Below are positions 1-8,159 of a DNA stretch of 41,866 nucleotides, piece after piece. A model generated the notes under the pieces. The model did not search any database. It had not been told where the DNA came from and was given only the letters and a program-made list of their open reading frames with translations. Origin of the DNA: Alphaproteobacteria bacterium (lineage in GTDB: Bacteria; Pseudomonadota; Alphaproteobacteria; Rickettsiales; JAIXRX01); the NCBI GenBank assembly GCA_027485005.1, contig JAIXRX010000035.1, forward strand, positions 1-41,866, read 5' to 3'. Each line of letters begins with the position of its first letter. Position 1 is the stretch's first letter. The position numbers and the translations under genes were made by a program.

Positions 1-1596
1 AACAGCGCCAAACGCCATGAGGTGCGCGAACAGTTAAAGCAATTACCGGATGTGGAGCGCGCGCTTTCCCGCCTTAGCCTTGGGCGTGGCGGCCCGCGCG
101 ACGCGCAGGCGATTTTAGTTGGCCTTAAAACCGCACAGGCGCTGCGAGAAACATTGTATGATGCCATAGAAAACCCCGCGCTTAAAAACGTACTCGGGGC
201 GTTGGTGCCATCAGACGCGCTAGTGGCGCAGTTGGAAAAAACATTAGCGGATGAATTGCCGCTACAAGCCCGAGATGGCGGGGTGGTGCGCGCAGGGTTT
301 CATGCCGCACTCGATGAATTTAGAAACTTGCGTGACCACGGCAAACAGCGCATTGCCGCCCTGCAAGCCGAGTATCAGACGCAAAGCGGCATTGCGACCT
401 TGAAGATTAAGTTCAATCATGTGCTGGGGTATTTTATTGAAATTACCAATAGCCACCAAAGCAAAGTGCCGGCTGAATTTATTCATCGGCAAACGGTGGC
501 GAGCGCGCTGCGCTACACCACCACTACGTTAGGCGAGCTGGAACGCAACCTGAAAGATGCCGCCGACAAGGCACTGGCGCTTGAGCAGGAGATTTTTGGT
601 GCCTTACTGCAAGCGGTGCTGGCGCAGGCCAGCCACATTACTACCACTGCTCGCGCGATGGCGCAGTTGGACGTCTTGGCGGCGCTCGCGCATTTGGCGC
701 AGAAACAACATTATGTGCGCCCGAAAATGGACGACGGGTTGGCATTTGAAGTGGAAGAGGGGCGTCACCCTGTGGTGGAAATTCACCGCGCGAAAGCGGG
801 CGAGGGGGCGTTTATTGGCAATGATTGCGCGTTGGCAGCAGGTGAGCGCTTGTGGTTGCTAACAGGGCCGAACATGGCGGGTAAATCCACGTTCTTACGG
901 CAAAATGCCTTGATTGTTCTGCTCACGCAGATGGGCAGTTTTGTGCCCGCCAAGCGCGCCCATATTGGGGTGGTGGACAAGTTATTTAGCCGTGTTGGCG
1001 CGTCGGACGATCTGGCGCGCGGCCGCAGCACCTTCATGGTGGAGATGGTAGAAACTGCCACCATCCTACACCAAGCAACAGAGCGCTCTTTGGTGATTCT
1101 GGACGAGATTGGGCGCGGCACAGCGACGTTTGACGGCATGGCAATTGCTTGGGCAGTGGTGGAATATCTGCACAATACCAATAAGTGTCGTGGTCTGTTT
1201 GCCACCCATTACCACGAGCTTAATGCGCTGCGCGAAAATTTGCCGCATCTTGGTGCCTTCCATATGCAGGTGAAAGAGTGGAAAGGCGAGGTGATTTTTC
1301 TGCACACGGTGGGGCGCGGCGGGGCAGATCGTTCTTATGGTGTGCATGTGGCTAAACTCGCCGGGTTGCCGACGGCGGTGGTGGCGCGCGCGCAAGAGCA
1401 GCTGGCGTGGCTGGAACAAAAGCCAGTGCAGGCCAAACAGGCGGAATTGGCATTGTTTGATGCCCCAGCCCCGGCAGTCAGTGAGCCACCAGCCTCCAAT
1501 CTGTTGGCAGCGGCGCTGGCGGAACTGGAGCCTGATGAAATGTCCCCAAAATCTGCGCTGGAAGCCATTTATCGGTTGAAAAAACTAATTTCTTAA
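1..1596 (+). CDS. mutS: DNA mismatch repair protein MutS, C-terminal ~530 aa (5' end outside window)
   Basis: The reading frame is open from base 1. It has Walker A GPNMAGKSTFLRQ, DEIGRGTATFDG and THYHEL motifs, and a C-terminal dimerisation tail. Confidence 0.95.
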   Translation, partial: NSAKRHEVREQLKQLPDVERALSRLSLGRGGPRDAQAILVGLKTAQALRETLYDAIENPALKNVLGALVPSDALVAQLEKTLADELPLQARDGGVVRAGFHAALDEFRNLRDHGKQRIAALQAEYQTQSGIATLKIKFNHVLGYFIEITNSHQSKVPAEFIHRQTVASALRYTTTTLGELERNLKDAADKALALEQEIFGALLQAVLAQASHITTTARAMAQLDVLAALAHLAQKQHYVRPKMDDGLAFEVEEGRHPVVEIHRAKAGEGAFIGNDCALAAGERLWLLTGPNMAGKSTFLRQNALIVLLTQMGSFVPAKRAHIGVVDKLFSRVGASDDLARGRSTFMVEMVETATILHQATERSLVILDEIGRGTATFDGMAIAWAVVEYLHNTNKCRGLFATHYHELNALRENLPHLGAFHMQVKEWKGEVIFLHTVGRGGADRSYGVHVAKLAGLPTAVVARAQEQLAWLEQKPVQAKQAELALFDAPAPAVSEPPASNLLAAALAELEPDEMSPKSALEAIYRLKKLIS

Positions 1597-1717
1597 GAAT
1601 ACGCGTAAAAACGCTGGATTTATGTTGTGAAAAGAGTATAAAGCGCCCCTCACGATTAAAATAACAGGCGCGTCATGTGCGCCCCGAAATTGTATAGAAA
1701 GACGAAAGGACTTAGCC

Positions 1718-1900
1718 ATGGCTGTTCCAAAACGTAAAACGACCCCTTCTAAACGTGGTATGCGCCGCGCGCACAAAGCCTTGCGTGGCACCAACATCAT
1801 TGAAGGTGCTGAAACCGGCGAACAAAAACGCCCTCACCACGTTTCTCCCGACGGCCATTACAACGGTCGTCAGGTGACGAAAGAAAAAGTAAACCGCTAA
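1718..1900 (+). CDS. rpmF: 50S ribosomal protein L32
   Basis: The N-terminus [22 protein letters not shown] is the canonical L32 signature. A GGA-rich RBS lies upstream, and the gene precedes plsX as in many bacteria. Confidence 0.95.
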   Translation: MAVPKRKTTPSKRGMRRAHKALRGTNIIEGAETGEQKRPHHVSPDGHYNGRQVTKEKVNR

Positions 1901-1913
1901 TCTTTCATTAGCT

Positions 1914-2993
1914 GTGAGCAATGATTCTTTGCATGCGTCGGCATCTTTGCCGATTGCCTTAGATTGCTTAGGTGGCGACAATGCACCCTTCTGCGTGATA
2001 GAGGGAGCTTTGCTTGCTCATAAGCGCTACCCAGACTTGCGCTTTGTGCTTTTCGGCCCAAAAGACGCGTTGGAAAAACTTCTTTCAAAACATGAATCTT
2101 TACGCGCGCAATGTGACATTGAGCATTGTGACCAAGGTATTGCTGCGGACGAAAAGCCTTCTCAGGCCGTGCGCAAAGGCCGTGCCAGCAGCATGTGGCG
2201 TGCGATTGAAGCAGTGCGTGATGGCCGTGCATCGGCGATTATTTCTGCTGGGAATACCGGCGCACTCATGGCGTTTAGCAAACTCATTCTCAAAACCTTG
2301 CCAGGTATTTATCGCCCTGCGATTGTTGGCCGCATGCCGACGTCCAATGGCGAATGTGTGATGTTGGATCTTGGGGCGAATGTGGAATGTGACGCGCAAA
2401 CGCTGCAACAATTCGCTTTTATGGGGAGCGCCTTTGCCCGCGTCGTACTCGAAAAAGAAAATCCAAGTGTGGGGCTTTTAAATATTGGTTCGGAAATGTC
2501 CAAAGGCAAAGAAGAGCTAAAAGAAGCCTATCAACTATTAGATGCAGAGAAATCCTTTAACTTTCTAGGTTTTGTAGAAGCGCATGACATCGGTCATGGC
2601 CGCATTGACGTGGTGGTGACGGACGGATTTACCGGTAATGTCGCGCTGAAAATGTTGGAAGGCACAGCCTCGATGATTCGTTCATTTATCAAAGAAAGTT
2701 TCATGAGTTCCTTGTGGTCAAAATTATCGTATATTGTGGCAAAAGGCACGATTGCTAAATTGCGCAAGCGGGTGGACCCACGAAAATATAATGGTGCTAT
2801 GTTTATTGGCTTGAACGGGATTTCTATTAAAAGTCATGGCTCGGCGGATGGGTATAGTTTTTACCACGCGATTAAAGTCGGCTTGGGCATGGTCAATAAC
2901 AATCTAAACGCTCGTTTGCTAGCGGAGCTTGACGCGTCTGGTGCATTGCTGGACGCAGCAGATGCCGAAGATAAAGTGGTAGAACTCGCATGA
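1914..2993 (+). CDS. plsX: Phosphate acyltransferase PlsX
   Basis: PlsX-like motifs are present (IALDCLGGDNAP, SAGNTGALMA, TDGFTGNVALK). The gene sits in rpmF-plsX-fabH synteny. The start is GTG and is tentative. Confidence 0.9.
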   Translation: MSNDSLHASASLPIALDCLGGDNAPFCVIEGALLAHKRYPDLRFVLFGPKDALEKLLSKHESLRAQCDIEHCDQGIAADEKPSQAVRKGRASSMWRAIEAVRDGRASAIISAGNTGALMAFSKLILKTLPGIYRPAIVGRMPTSNGECVMLDLGANVECDAQTLQQFAFMGSAFARVVLEKENPSVGLLNIGSEMSKGKEELKEAYQLLDAEKSFNFLGFVEAHDIGHGRIDVVVTDGFTGNVALKMLEGTASMIRSFIKESFMSSLWSKLSYIVAKGTIAKLRKRVDPRKYNGAMFIGLNGISIKSHGSADGYSFYHAIKVGLGMVNNNLNARLLAELDASGALLDAADAEDKVVELA

Positions 2994-3955
2994 GTATTCG
3001 CAGTGTGATTGTTGGGCTGGGAAGCTATTTGCCAGAAAAAATTCTAACGAATACCGAGCTTGCTGAGCGTGTGGACACCAATGATGCATGGATTGTGGAA
3101 CGCACGGGTATTAAGCAGCGCCACATTGCCGCGGAAGGTCAGGTGACGTCTGATTTAGCGACCGAAGCGGCCAAAGCCGCGCTCAAAGACGCAGGTCTTA
3201 CGCCTAATGACATTGATATTGTGCTGGTAGCCACCAGCACTGCAGATGACACCATGCCAGCAACGGCCGTGCATGTGCAGCATAAATTGGGTATGACCCG
3301 TGGTGCGGCCTTTGATTTTCAGGCGGCCTGTTCTGGCTTTGTCTATGGCTTACACATGGCGGACGCTTTCTTGCGTGCGGGCAGCGCCAAGCGTATTTTG
3401 GTGGTTGGCGCAGAAACTTTTTCTCGCGTAGTGGACTGGAATGATCGCGGCACCTGCATTTTGTTTGGTGACGGTGCGGGTGCGGTTGTTGTGGAAGCGA
3501 GCGAAGGCGAAACCACGCGTGGCATTTTACATTCAGAAATTTTTTCGGACGGGCAGTATGCGGCGTTGCTGGGCACTACAGGCGGCACCTCTCGCACACA
3601 AACCACCGGTGTGGTGACCATGCAAGGCAAAGAAGTTTTCCGTCATGCGGTGAGCAAAATGGCCGACGTGGTCGAGCGCAGCTTAAAAGCTACAGGACAT
3701 ACGGTAGCAGATTTAGATTTCGTCGCGGCGCATCAGGCTAATGCCCGCATTCTGTCGTCCGTGGCAGAAAAACTTGGGCTTCCCGCTGAAAAAGCGCTGG
3801 TGAGTGTGGACATGCATGGCAACACCTCAGCGGCCTCAATTCCGCTCGCACTGGCGGCTGCAAAGGCCCAAGGGCGCCTAAAAGAAGGCCAGCTTTTGGC
3901 CTTGCCTGCCTTGGGTGCAGGCCTTACATGGGGCAACTGTTTGCTCCGTTGGTAG
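2990..3955 (+). CDS. fabH: 3-oxoacyl-ACP synthase III (KAS III)
   Basis: It shows an active-site Cys context (AACSGFVYGL), HQANARI and GNTSAASIP motifs. An ATGA overlap links it to plsX. Confidence 0.93.
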   Translation: MSIRSVIVGLGSYLPEKILTNTELAERVDTNDAWIVERTGIKQRHIAAEGQVTSDLATEAAKAALKDAGLTPNDIDIVLVATSTADDTMPATAVHVQHKLGMTRGAAFDFQAACSGFVYGLHMADAFLRAGSAKRILVVGAETFSRVVDWNDRGTCILFGDGAGAVVVEASEGETTRGILHSEIFSDGQYAALLGTTGGTSRTQTTGVVTMQGKEVFRHAVSKMADVVERSLKATGHTVADLDFVAAHQANARILSSVAEKLGLPAEKALVSVDMHGNTSAASIPLALAAAKAQGRLKEGQLLALPALGAGLTWGNCLLRW

Positions 3956-4044
3956 GAAGTATTTGCTTTTATTGCCTTTTTCTCTATAATCGTCTTTCAT
4001 AAGCGCATTTATCATCCATATGAGACGATTCAAAGGGGATAGAC

Positions 4045-4377
4045 ATGACCGAAGAGAAAACCATTACCCGTGCGGATTTAAGTAACGCTGTGTACCGCGA
4101 GGTCGGCGTGTCTTCGACAGAGTCAATGAATCTGGTGGATGCTTTTTTTGAAGAGCTCGCAAGCGCTTTTGAAAAAGGTGAATCAGTGAAACTCTCATCC
4201 TTCGGTACCTTCGCATTGCGCAAGAAAAAAGAGCGCGTGGGTCGCAATCCCAAAACAGGTGTGGAAGTGGCAATTACCCCGCGTACGGTGCTTACTTTCA
4301 ATGCGTCGAATATCTTGAAACAAGAAGTGAATGATGCGTTGGTCAAAGCAGAAAATGCTAGCGCCGTACAAAGCTAG
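4045..4377 (+). CDS. ihfA: Integration host factor subunit alpha
   Basis: It has the HU/IHF fold signature ([29 protein letters not shown]) and an alpha-type N-terminus (ITRADL). Confidence 0.9.
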   Translation: MTEEKTITRADLSNAVYREVGVSSTESMNLVDAFFEELASAFEKGESVKLSSFGTFALRKKKERVGRNPKTGVEVAITPRTVLTFNASNILKQEVNDALVKAENASAVQS

Positions 4378-4385
4378 TTTTACCC

Positions 4386-4856
4386 ATGGCGCAATTTGAT
4401 TTATTGGATTTAACGGGCGATCCGGAACCGCGTTTTACAAATGCAGACGACCCGCAAGCAAAGTCACCGCTGGCATACCGCACCATTTCTGAGGTGGCCG
4501 AGATGCTCAAAGTTCCCGTGCATGTTTTGCGCTTTTGGGAAACAAAATTTTCGCAATTAAAACCCACGAAAGCCAAAGGTGGACGCCGTTATTATCGGCC
4601 GGAAGATATTGCGCTACTTAAGCAGATTTACGAATTGCTTTATGGTCGTGGATTTACGATTAAAGGTGCAGAAATTGTTCTTTCAGGAGTGGCGGAGGAA
4701 AATGCTGCTCTGCAAGTGGCCGCAGACATACGTGCGAATGCCGCGCATCTTCCAACGCTTTCACCAGTGAAAATTGGCGAAATGCGCCGCGAGCTGGAAA
4801 CAGCACTTGCAGAACTAAAACATCTGCGGCATACCCTTGCTCCATACCGTCCTTAG
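4386..4856 (+). CDS. MerR-family transcriptional regulator
   Basis: It has a MerR-type HTH ([25 protein letters not shown] ... [11 protein letters not shown]). Its position after ihfA is the usual alphaproteobacterial arrangement. Confidence 0.8.
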   Translation: MAQFDLLDLTGDPEPRFTNADDPQAKSPLAYRTISEVAEMLKVPVHVLRFWETKFSQLKPTKAKGGRRYYRPEDIALLKQIYELLYGRGFTIKGAEIVLSGVAEENAALQVAADIRANAAHLPTLSPVKIGEMRRELETALAELKHLRHTLAPYRP

Positions 4857-4868
4857 GTCGTTATTTTT

Positions 4869-4890
4869 TGTCGGGGTGTAGCGCAGCCTG
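4869..4890 (+). repeat. Orphan copy of the first 19 nt of tRNA-Pro plus 3 upstream nt (21/22 identical to 4960-4981)
   Basis: TGTCGGGGTGTAGCGCAGCCTG here matches TGTCGGGGCGTAGCGCAGCCTG at the 5' end of the intact tRNA, 91 bp downstream. The rest of the tRNA is absent. Confidence 0.7.
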
Positions 4891-4962
4891 CCCCCGCGAG
4901 ACGTTGGCGAGCGGATAGCAATATCGCGCGAACAGGCGTCTTAGATTTTGTGCTGTATGTGT

Positions 4963-5039
4963 CGGGGCGTAGCGCAGCCTGGTAGCGCGTCCGTCTGGGG
5001 GGCGGGAGGTCGCAGGTTCAAATCCTGTCGCCCCGACCA
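4963..5039 (+). tRNA. tRNA-Pro (anticodon GGG), CCA encoded
   Basis: A manual cloverleaf fits: acceptor CGGGGCG/CGCCCCG, D stem GCGC/GCGC, anticodon stem TCCGT/GCGGG with loop CTGGGGG, T stem GCAGG/CCTGT with loop TTCAAAT, discriminator A, then CCA. Confidence 0.93.
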
Positions 5040-5042
5040 TTT

Positions 5043-5075
5043 AACAAAAGAGCCGCTTTATGCGGCTCTTTTGTT
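5043..5075 (+). terminator. Rho-independent terminator after tRNA-Pro
   Basis: AACAAAAGAGCCGC-TTTA-GCGGCTCTTTTGTT forms a perfect long stem followed by a T-run. Confidence 0.8.
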
Positions 5076-5133
5076 AAATGCTTTGGCTCCAGTCTTTTCA
5101 CCTTTGAAGCAGGTTCAGTTGATATGTCATAAA

Positions 5134-5138
5134 ACTGT
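5134..5138. repeat. Target-site duplication ACTGT (copy flanking the phage right end)
   Basis: The pentamer is identical to 37591-37595 and directly abuts the TG terminus. Confidence 0.8.
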
Positions 5139-5183
5139 TGTAGCGCGACACTTAGTTTGTCATGACACGACACTTAGTTTGTC
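5139..5183 (+). repeat. Phage right-end transposase-binding repeats (two tandem sites, 22-bp phasing)
   Basis: TGTAGCG-CGACACTTAGTTTGTC is followed by ATGACA-CGACACTTAGTTTGTC. The identical 16-nt core occurs at 5146-5161 and 5168-5183. Confidence 0.75.
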
Positions 5184-5200
5184 CTAAGTGCCTGCGCCAC

Positions 5201-5944
5201 TTAAACCTCCATTAATTCCTGCTTTAATGGTTCCTCAAGATGCCCCAAAAGGTCGCCTTGGCGATACGCATCCTCAATGCGCTTACATGCCATATCAAAG
5301 TAGCGCTCATCTAGCTCGATGCCGATAAACTTTCGGCCCATCAGTGCGCACGCCACTCCAGTGCTTCCACTGCCCATAAAAGGGTCAAGCACCGTGTCGC
5401 CGACGTTCGTGGAGTGAGCCACCATTCCCTTTAAAAGGGGCAGCGGTTTTTGATGTGGGTGGGTCTCGGCCGTATGCTGCGGAATGGAAAAGCGCTGCAC
5501 ATCTGAGAAGTCTTTGCGGCGATAGGTAGGCTTGCCTTTTTCTAGCACCAGGATGATCTCATGTGCCGGACGGAAGTCGCTTCCTAGCTTCATGCCGTTT
5601 TTATCCCACACAACACTATGGCGCAGCTGCAGGTTCGAATAGCGGGCAATATAGGCTCGCAGGAAGTCCTGATGCTTCCAGTTGCTAAAGTTATACACCG
5701 TCGCGTTTTTCCGCAGGCAATGATAGACACCGCGAAGCATCGCACAATTCATCAGGGGATCGGCGTTGTTAGCTATGGTCTTATCAAACGTGCCATACCC
5801 AACATCTGCGCCGTCACCATAAGGTGGATCAGTGATCACGCAGTCCACGCGCTCGATGCGTGGTAGCTGTTCAAGGCAGTCCCCCATGTAAAGAGTGCAA
5901 TCACCAATAATTTCTTTTCTTGTTTTCATGTTCTTTTTCTCCAT
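5201..5944 (-). CDS. Orphan DNA methyltransferase, beta-class N6-adenine/N4-cytosine type (start may be Met6 at 5929)
   Basis: Motif IV (VITDPPYG) lies N-terminal and motif I (LDPFMGSGSTG) C-terminal, with HPHQKPLPLL between them. No adjacent restriction gene is present. It is the last gene before the phage end, in the position of Mu mom. Confidence 0.85.
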   Translation of the reverse strand: MEKKNMKTRKEIIGDCTLYMGDCLEQLPRIERVDCVITDPPYGDGADVGYGTFDKTIANNADPLMNCAMLRGVYHCLRKNATVYNFSNWKHQDFLRAYIARYSNLQLRHSVVWDKNGMKLGSDFRPAHEIILVLEKGKPTYRRKDFSDVQRFSIPQHTAETHPHQKPLPLLKGMVAHSTNVGDTVLDPFMGSGSTGVACALMGRKFIGIELDERYFDMACKRIEDAYRQGDLLGHLEEPLKQELMEV

Positions 5945-6043
5945 AATCCGTCCACCCTGTCAGGGTGGTGGGTTGGCCTGAATCGGCCGGTTCAGATCAT
6001 GCGAGGTCTTGACTCGCGGTTTGGGGCGTTACAGCGCCTCAAA
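5945..6043 (-). promoter_or_regulatory. Highly structured leader/control region upstream of the methyltransferase
   Basis: Stem-loops CCACCCT-GTC-AGGGTGG (5952-5968) and GCGAG-N7-CTCGC (6001-6017), a 16-bp near-palindrome TGAATCGGCCGGTTCA (5979-5994) and a composite hairpin at 6018-6043. Confidence 0.4.
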
Positions 6044-6060
6044 CCCCGCCCAACGCGGGG
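6040..6060 (-). terminator. Candidate intrinsic terminator after the 4-TM gene
   Basis: On the minus strand, CCCCGC-GTTGG-GCGGGG is followed by TTTG, four nt after the stop codon. The U-tract is short. Confidence 0.5.
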
Positions 6061-6064
6061 AATT

Positions 6065-6466
6065 CTAGATACTTAAAATGGCAGGAATGAAAGCGCAGAC
6101 TGGTGCTGTAAGAAGCAGCGCCAGCAGCAGCTCTTGCTGACGGCGCTCACTCAAAAAAGCCCAGCGATGATGCTGGCAATACCCCACGATCCATGTAGCC
6201 ACGATGCCTATAGGCAGTGGATAGGCTGCCTTCACAGCAGCTAGGCTGCCAACCCCACGGATATAATCCAACTCGGCGCGTGCATGGGTGCCACGCCGGA
6301 AGCACACCCACCATGCCAGCGCAAATGGAATAAACTGAGCACCGCAGATAACCCCGACCGCTGCCGCCTGTGCCAAAATAATAATAGGCTTTTGGAGCTT
6401 GTCAGCCCCATGGCATACAGAAGCAATGGCTGCAATAATGGTGAATATAAGTATGCTGATCATCAA
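6065..6466 (-). CDS. Small integral membrane protein (about 4 TM), unknown function (phage cargo)
   Basis: It has four hydrophobic segments and no recognisable catalytic motif. It sits between the fibre module and the methyltransferase and has its own terminator. Confidence 0.6.
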   Translation of the reverse strand: MMISILIFTIIAAIASVCHGADKLQKPIIILAQAAAVGVICGAQFIPFALAWWVCFRRGTHARAELDYIRGVGSLAAVKAAYPLPIGIVATWIVGYCQHHRWAFLSERRQQELLLALLLTAPVCAFIPAILSI

Positions 6467-6472
6467 TGCGCT

Positions 6473-6865
6473 CTATTCAGAAGGGGATGTAGTTTTCAGG
6501 CCTTGCCCGGCCAACAATCTCGCGCGCAGGGCCTTTTTTTCTTCCAAAATGTCACGGTTGCGCGGGTGCAACTTTGCCACGTCAAAACCAGTTGCTTCCC
6601 AATGATCTTCCAGTGAACGGGGCAAGTAAATGTCGAGCTCTTTTAAACGCGCTTTTTCTTTTAGACCAGGCCAACCCGCCGGATACTGGTCAATAAAGAC
6701 CTGCTGCAGCAACTCTTCGCTGGCAATTTTCGTGGGTATATTTCCTCTCTCAACCCATGCTTTAAATGCAGGATTTCTATTAGAGACGTAGGCTGCTTCA
6801 GCACTTGACCAAAGCTTATTTTCAATGCCAGCAACAAGCCAGTACCAGGAGGTAGGGTTAAACAT
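6473..6865 (-). CDS. Hypothetical protein; possible tail-fibre assembly/accessory protein (by position only)
   Basis: The ORF is tightly packed directly downstream of the tail-fibre gene. I recognise no motif in it. Confidence 0.45.
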   Translation of the reverse strand: MFNPTSWYWLVAGIENKLWSSAEAAYVSNRNPAFKAWVERGNIPTKIASEELLQQVFIDQYPAGWPGLKEKARLKELDIYLPRSLEDHWEATGFDVAKLHPRNRDILEEKKALRARLLAGQGLKTTSPSE

Positions 6866-6879
6866 AAGCTATTTCCTTT

Positions 6880-8154
6880 CTATGTATATTGGCCGCCAGT
6901 TGCAGTGCTACCTGCAGTACTGCCGGGGAAAAATGTTGTGCCCGCGCCATTCACATTAATGACGGCATTAGAGGTGACGGAATGTCGCGAGCCAGTTACT
7001 GCTGAACCGGTAAAGCTTGTAGCGGGGGTATCTAACATTGAGCTCCCTGTAGAGAGAGCAAACGCAGTAACAACTATAGCTGTTGAGACTGTCACCAATA
7101 TTGCAGCAGATTCCGTGATAAATGAACCGCTGCCAGCGCGTAGATGATAACTTGCATTGCCGCTAATCGTGTATGCCGCAGTCCTGATAATCTTACCGCC
7201 ATTAGATGCTAACATATGCTCGCCGGAACAAGCGCCGAAGTTCATACCAGCCCCTACGACTATGCGTCCCCCCTGATCCGCTTGTAGTGCCGGACCAGAT
7301 AGGTTAGAGGCCTTATAGTTCTGGACTTGAATCGAGCAGATTGAAGAAGCGTAAATCACACCAATCGTAGTATTGGCCGCACCGTTGCCATTAACGATTA
7401 TACCGCCGCCAATGAAAGGGTTGGTGATGGAAGCGCCAGCGAAGGTTCCTGAGCCCACATTAATGGTGGCATTGTATCCACCTCCATCATACTTCGAAGT
7501 CAGAACATCAATGGCCTTTTGTACTGTAAGCCATGGTGCGCCCACGCTTCCATCGCCCGTACTATCATTGCCGGTGGTGGTGACATAAAACGTTGTGTTG
7601 GCAGTTAATTGCTTTCGCTCTGTTGGAGATGATCCCAAAGGAGAACCAGTGGCTCGATGATAACCCACGCACTGCCAGTTACCAGCCGAGATGCGGACAA
7701 ATTCAGCCATATCCCCCGCTACCGTCACGATATTAGCGCCAGTTGGCAGAATCAAGGATGTAGCGTTATGGGTCAGCGTCAACACACCAGCAAATTTAAC
7801 CCAAACGTGATCGTATTTTGTGCCGGTTCCAAGAGAAGTGATTGTTGTGGTACCGGTGACTGTTATGAAATCGCTATCGGCAGCTCCGATGTTTGTAGTT
7901 GCAGCGGAGGCAATGTTTGTACCTTGGGCTCTTAGACGGTTGCCAGCAATAATGGCAATTGCGTCACGCAGTTGTGTGAGCGTCTCTTCGTCAGGCGTTA
8001 ATCCTGCAGCAGCAATAACCGCCAGAATCTCGCGCTGCGGGTGTTCAATGGCGCGGGCATCGGGGATTGAACCTTTTATTCCTGCACCAAGATTGCCATT
8101 ACTATATGAGGCATTGGCATCACCTGGTTGGTCAACGGGCTGATAATATTTCAT
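6880..8154 (-). CDS. Tail fibre protein
   Basis: The conserved phage-fibre N-terminus (MKYYQP..., SYSNGNLGAGIKGSIPDARAIEHPQREI) is followed by a Gly/Thr/Ala-rich repetitive beta-type C-terminal part. The gene follows the baseplate genes. Confidence 0.8.
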   Translation of the reverse strand: MKYYQPVDQPGDANASYSNGNLGAGIKGSIPDARAIEHPQREILAVIAAAGLTPDEETLTQLRDAIAIIAGNRLRAQGTNIASAATTNIGAADSDFITVTGTTTITSLGTGTKYDHVWVKFAGVLTLTHNATSLILPTGANIVTVAGDMAEFVRISAGNWQCVGYHRATGSPLGSSPTERKQLTANTTFYVTTTGNDSTGDGSVGAPWLTVQKAIDVLTSKYDGGGYNATINVGSGTFAGASITNPFIGGGIIVNGNGAANTTIGVIYASSICSIQVQNYKASNLSGPALQADQGGRIVVGAGMNFGACSGEHMLASNGGKIIRTAAYTISGNASYHLRAGSGSFITESAAILVTVSTAIVVTAFALSTGSSMLDTPATSFTGSAVTGSRHSVTSNAVINVNGAGTTFFPGSTAGSTATGGQYT

Positions 8155-8159
8155 GGCTA

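Noticed and set aside
5146-5164. A 19-bp direct repeat, CGACACTTAGTTTGTCATG, occurs at 5146-5164 and 37304-37322 next to a tRNA gene. This looks like attL/attR of an integrase-mediated island.
   Set aside because: No integrase is present. The element encodes a Mu-type DDE transposase and MuB. The true boundaries have inverted TG/CA termini and a 5-bp duplication further out, and the repeat is better explained as a multi-copy transposase binding site.
4948-5187. A 79-aa ORF covers tRNA-Pro and the prophage junction.
   Set aside because: It overlaps a well-folded tRNA and its terminator and crosses the mobile-element boundary, so it is spurious.
6473-8154. A search for an invertible G-segment/gin-type host-range switch or a DGR near the tail fibre.
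   Set aside because: There is no recombinase or reverse transcriptase, no inverted repeats flank the fibre gene, and no alternative fibre C-termini are present on the opposite strand.
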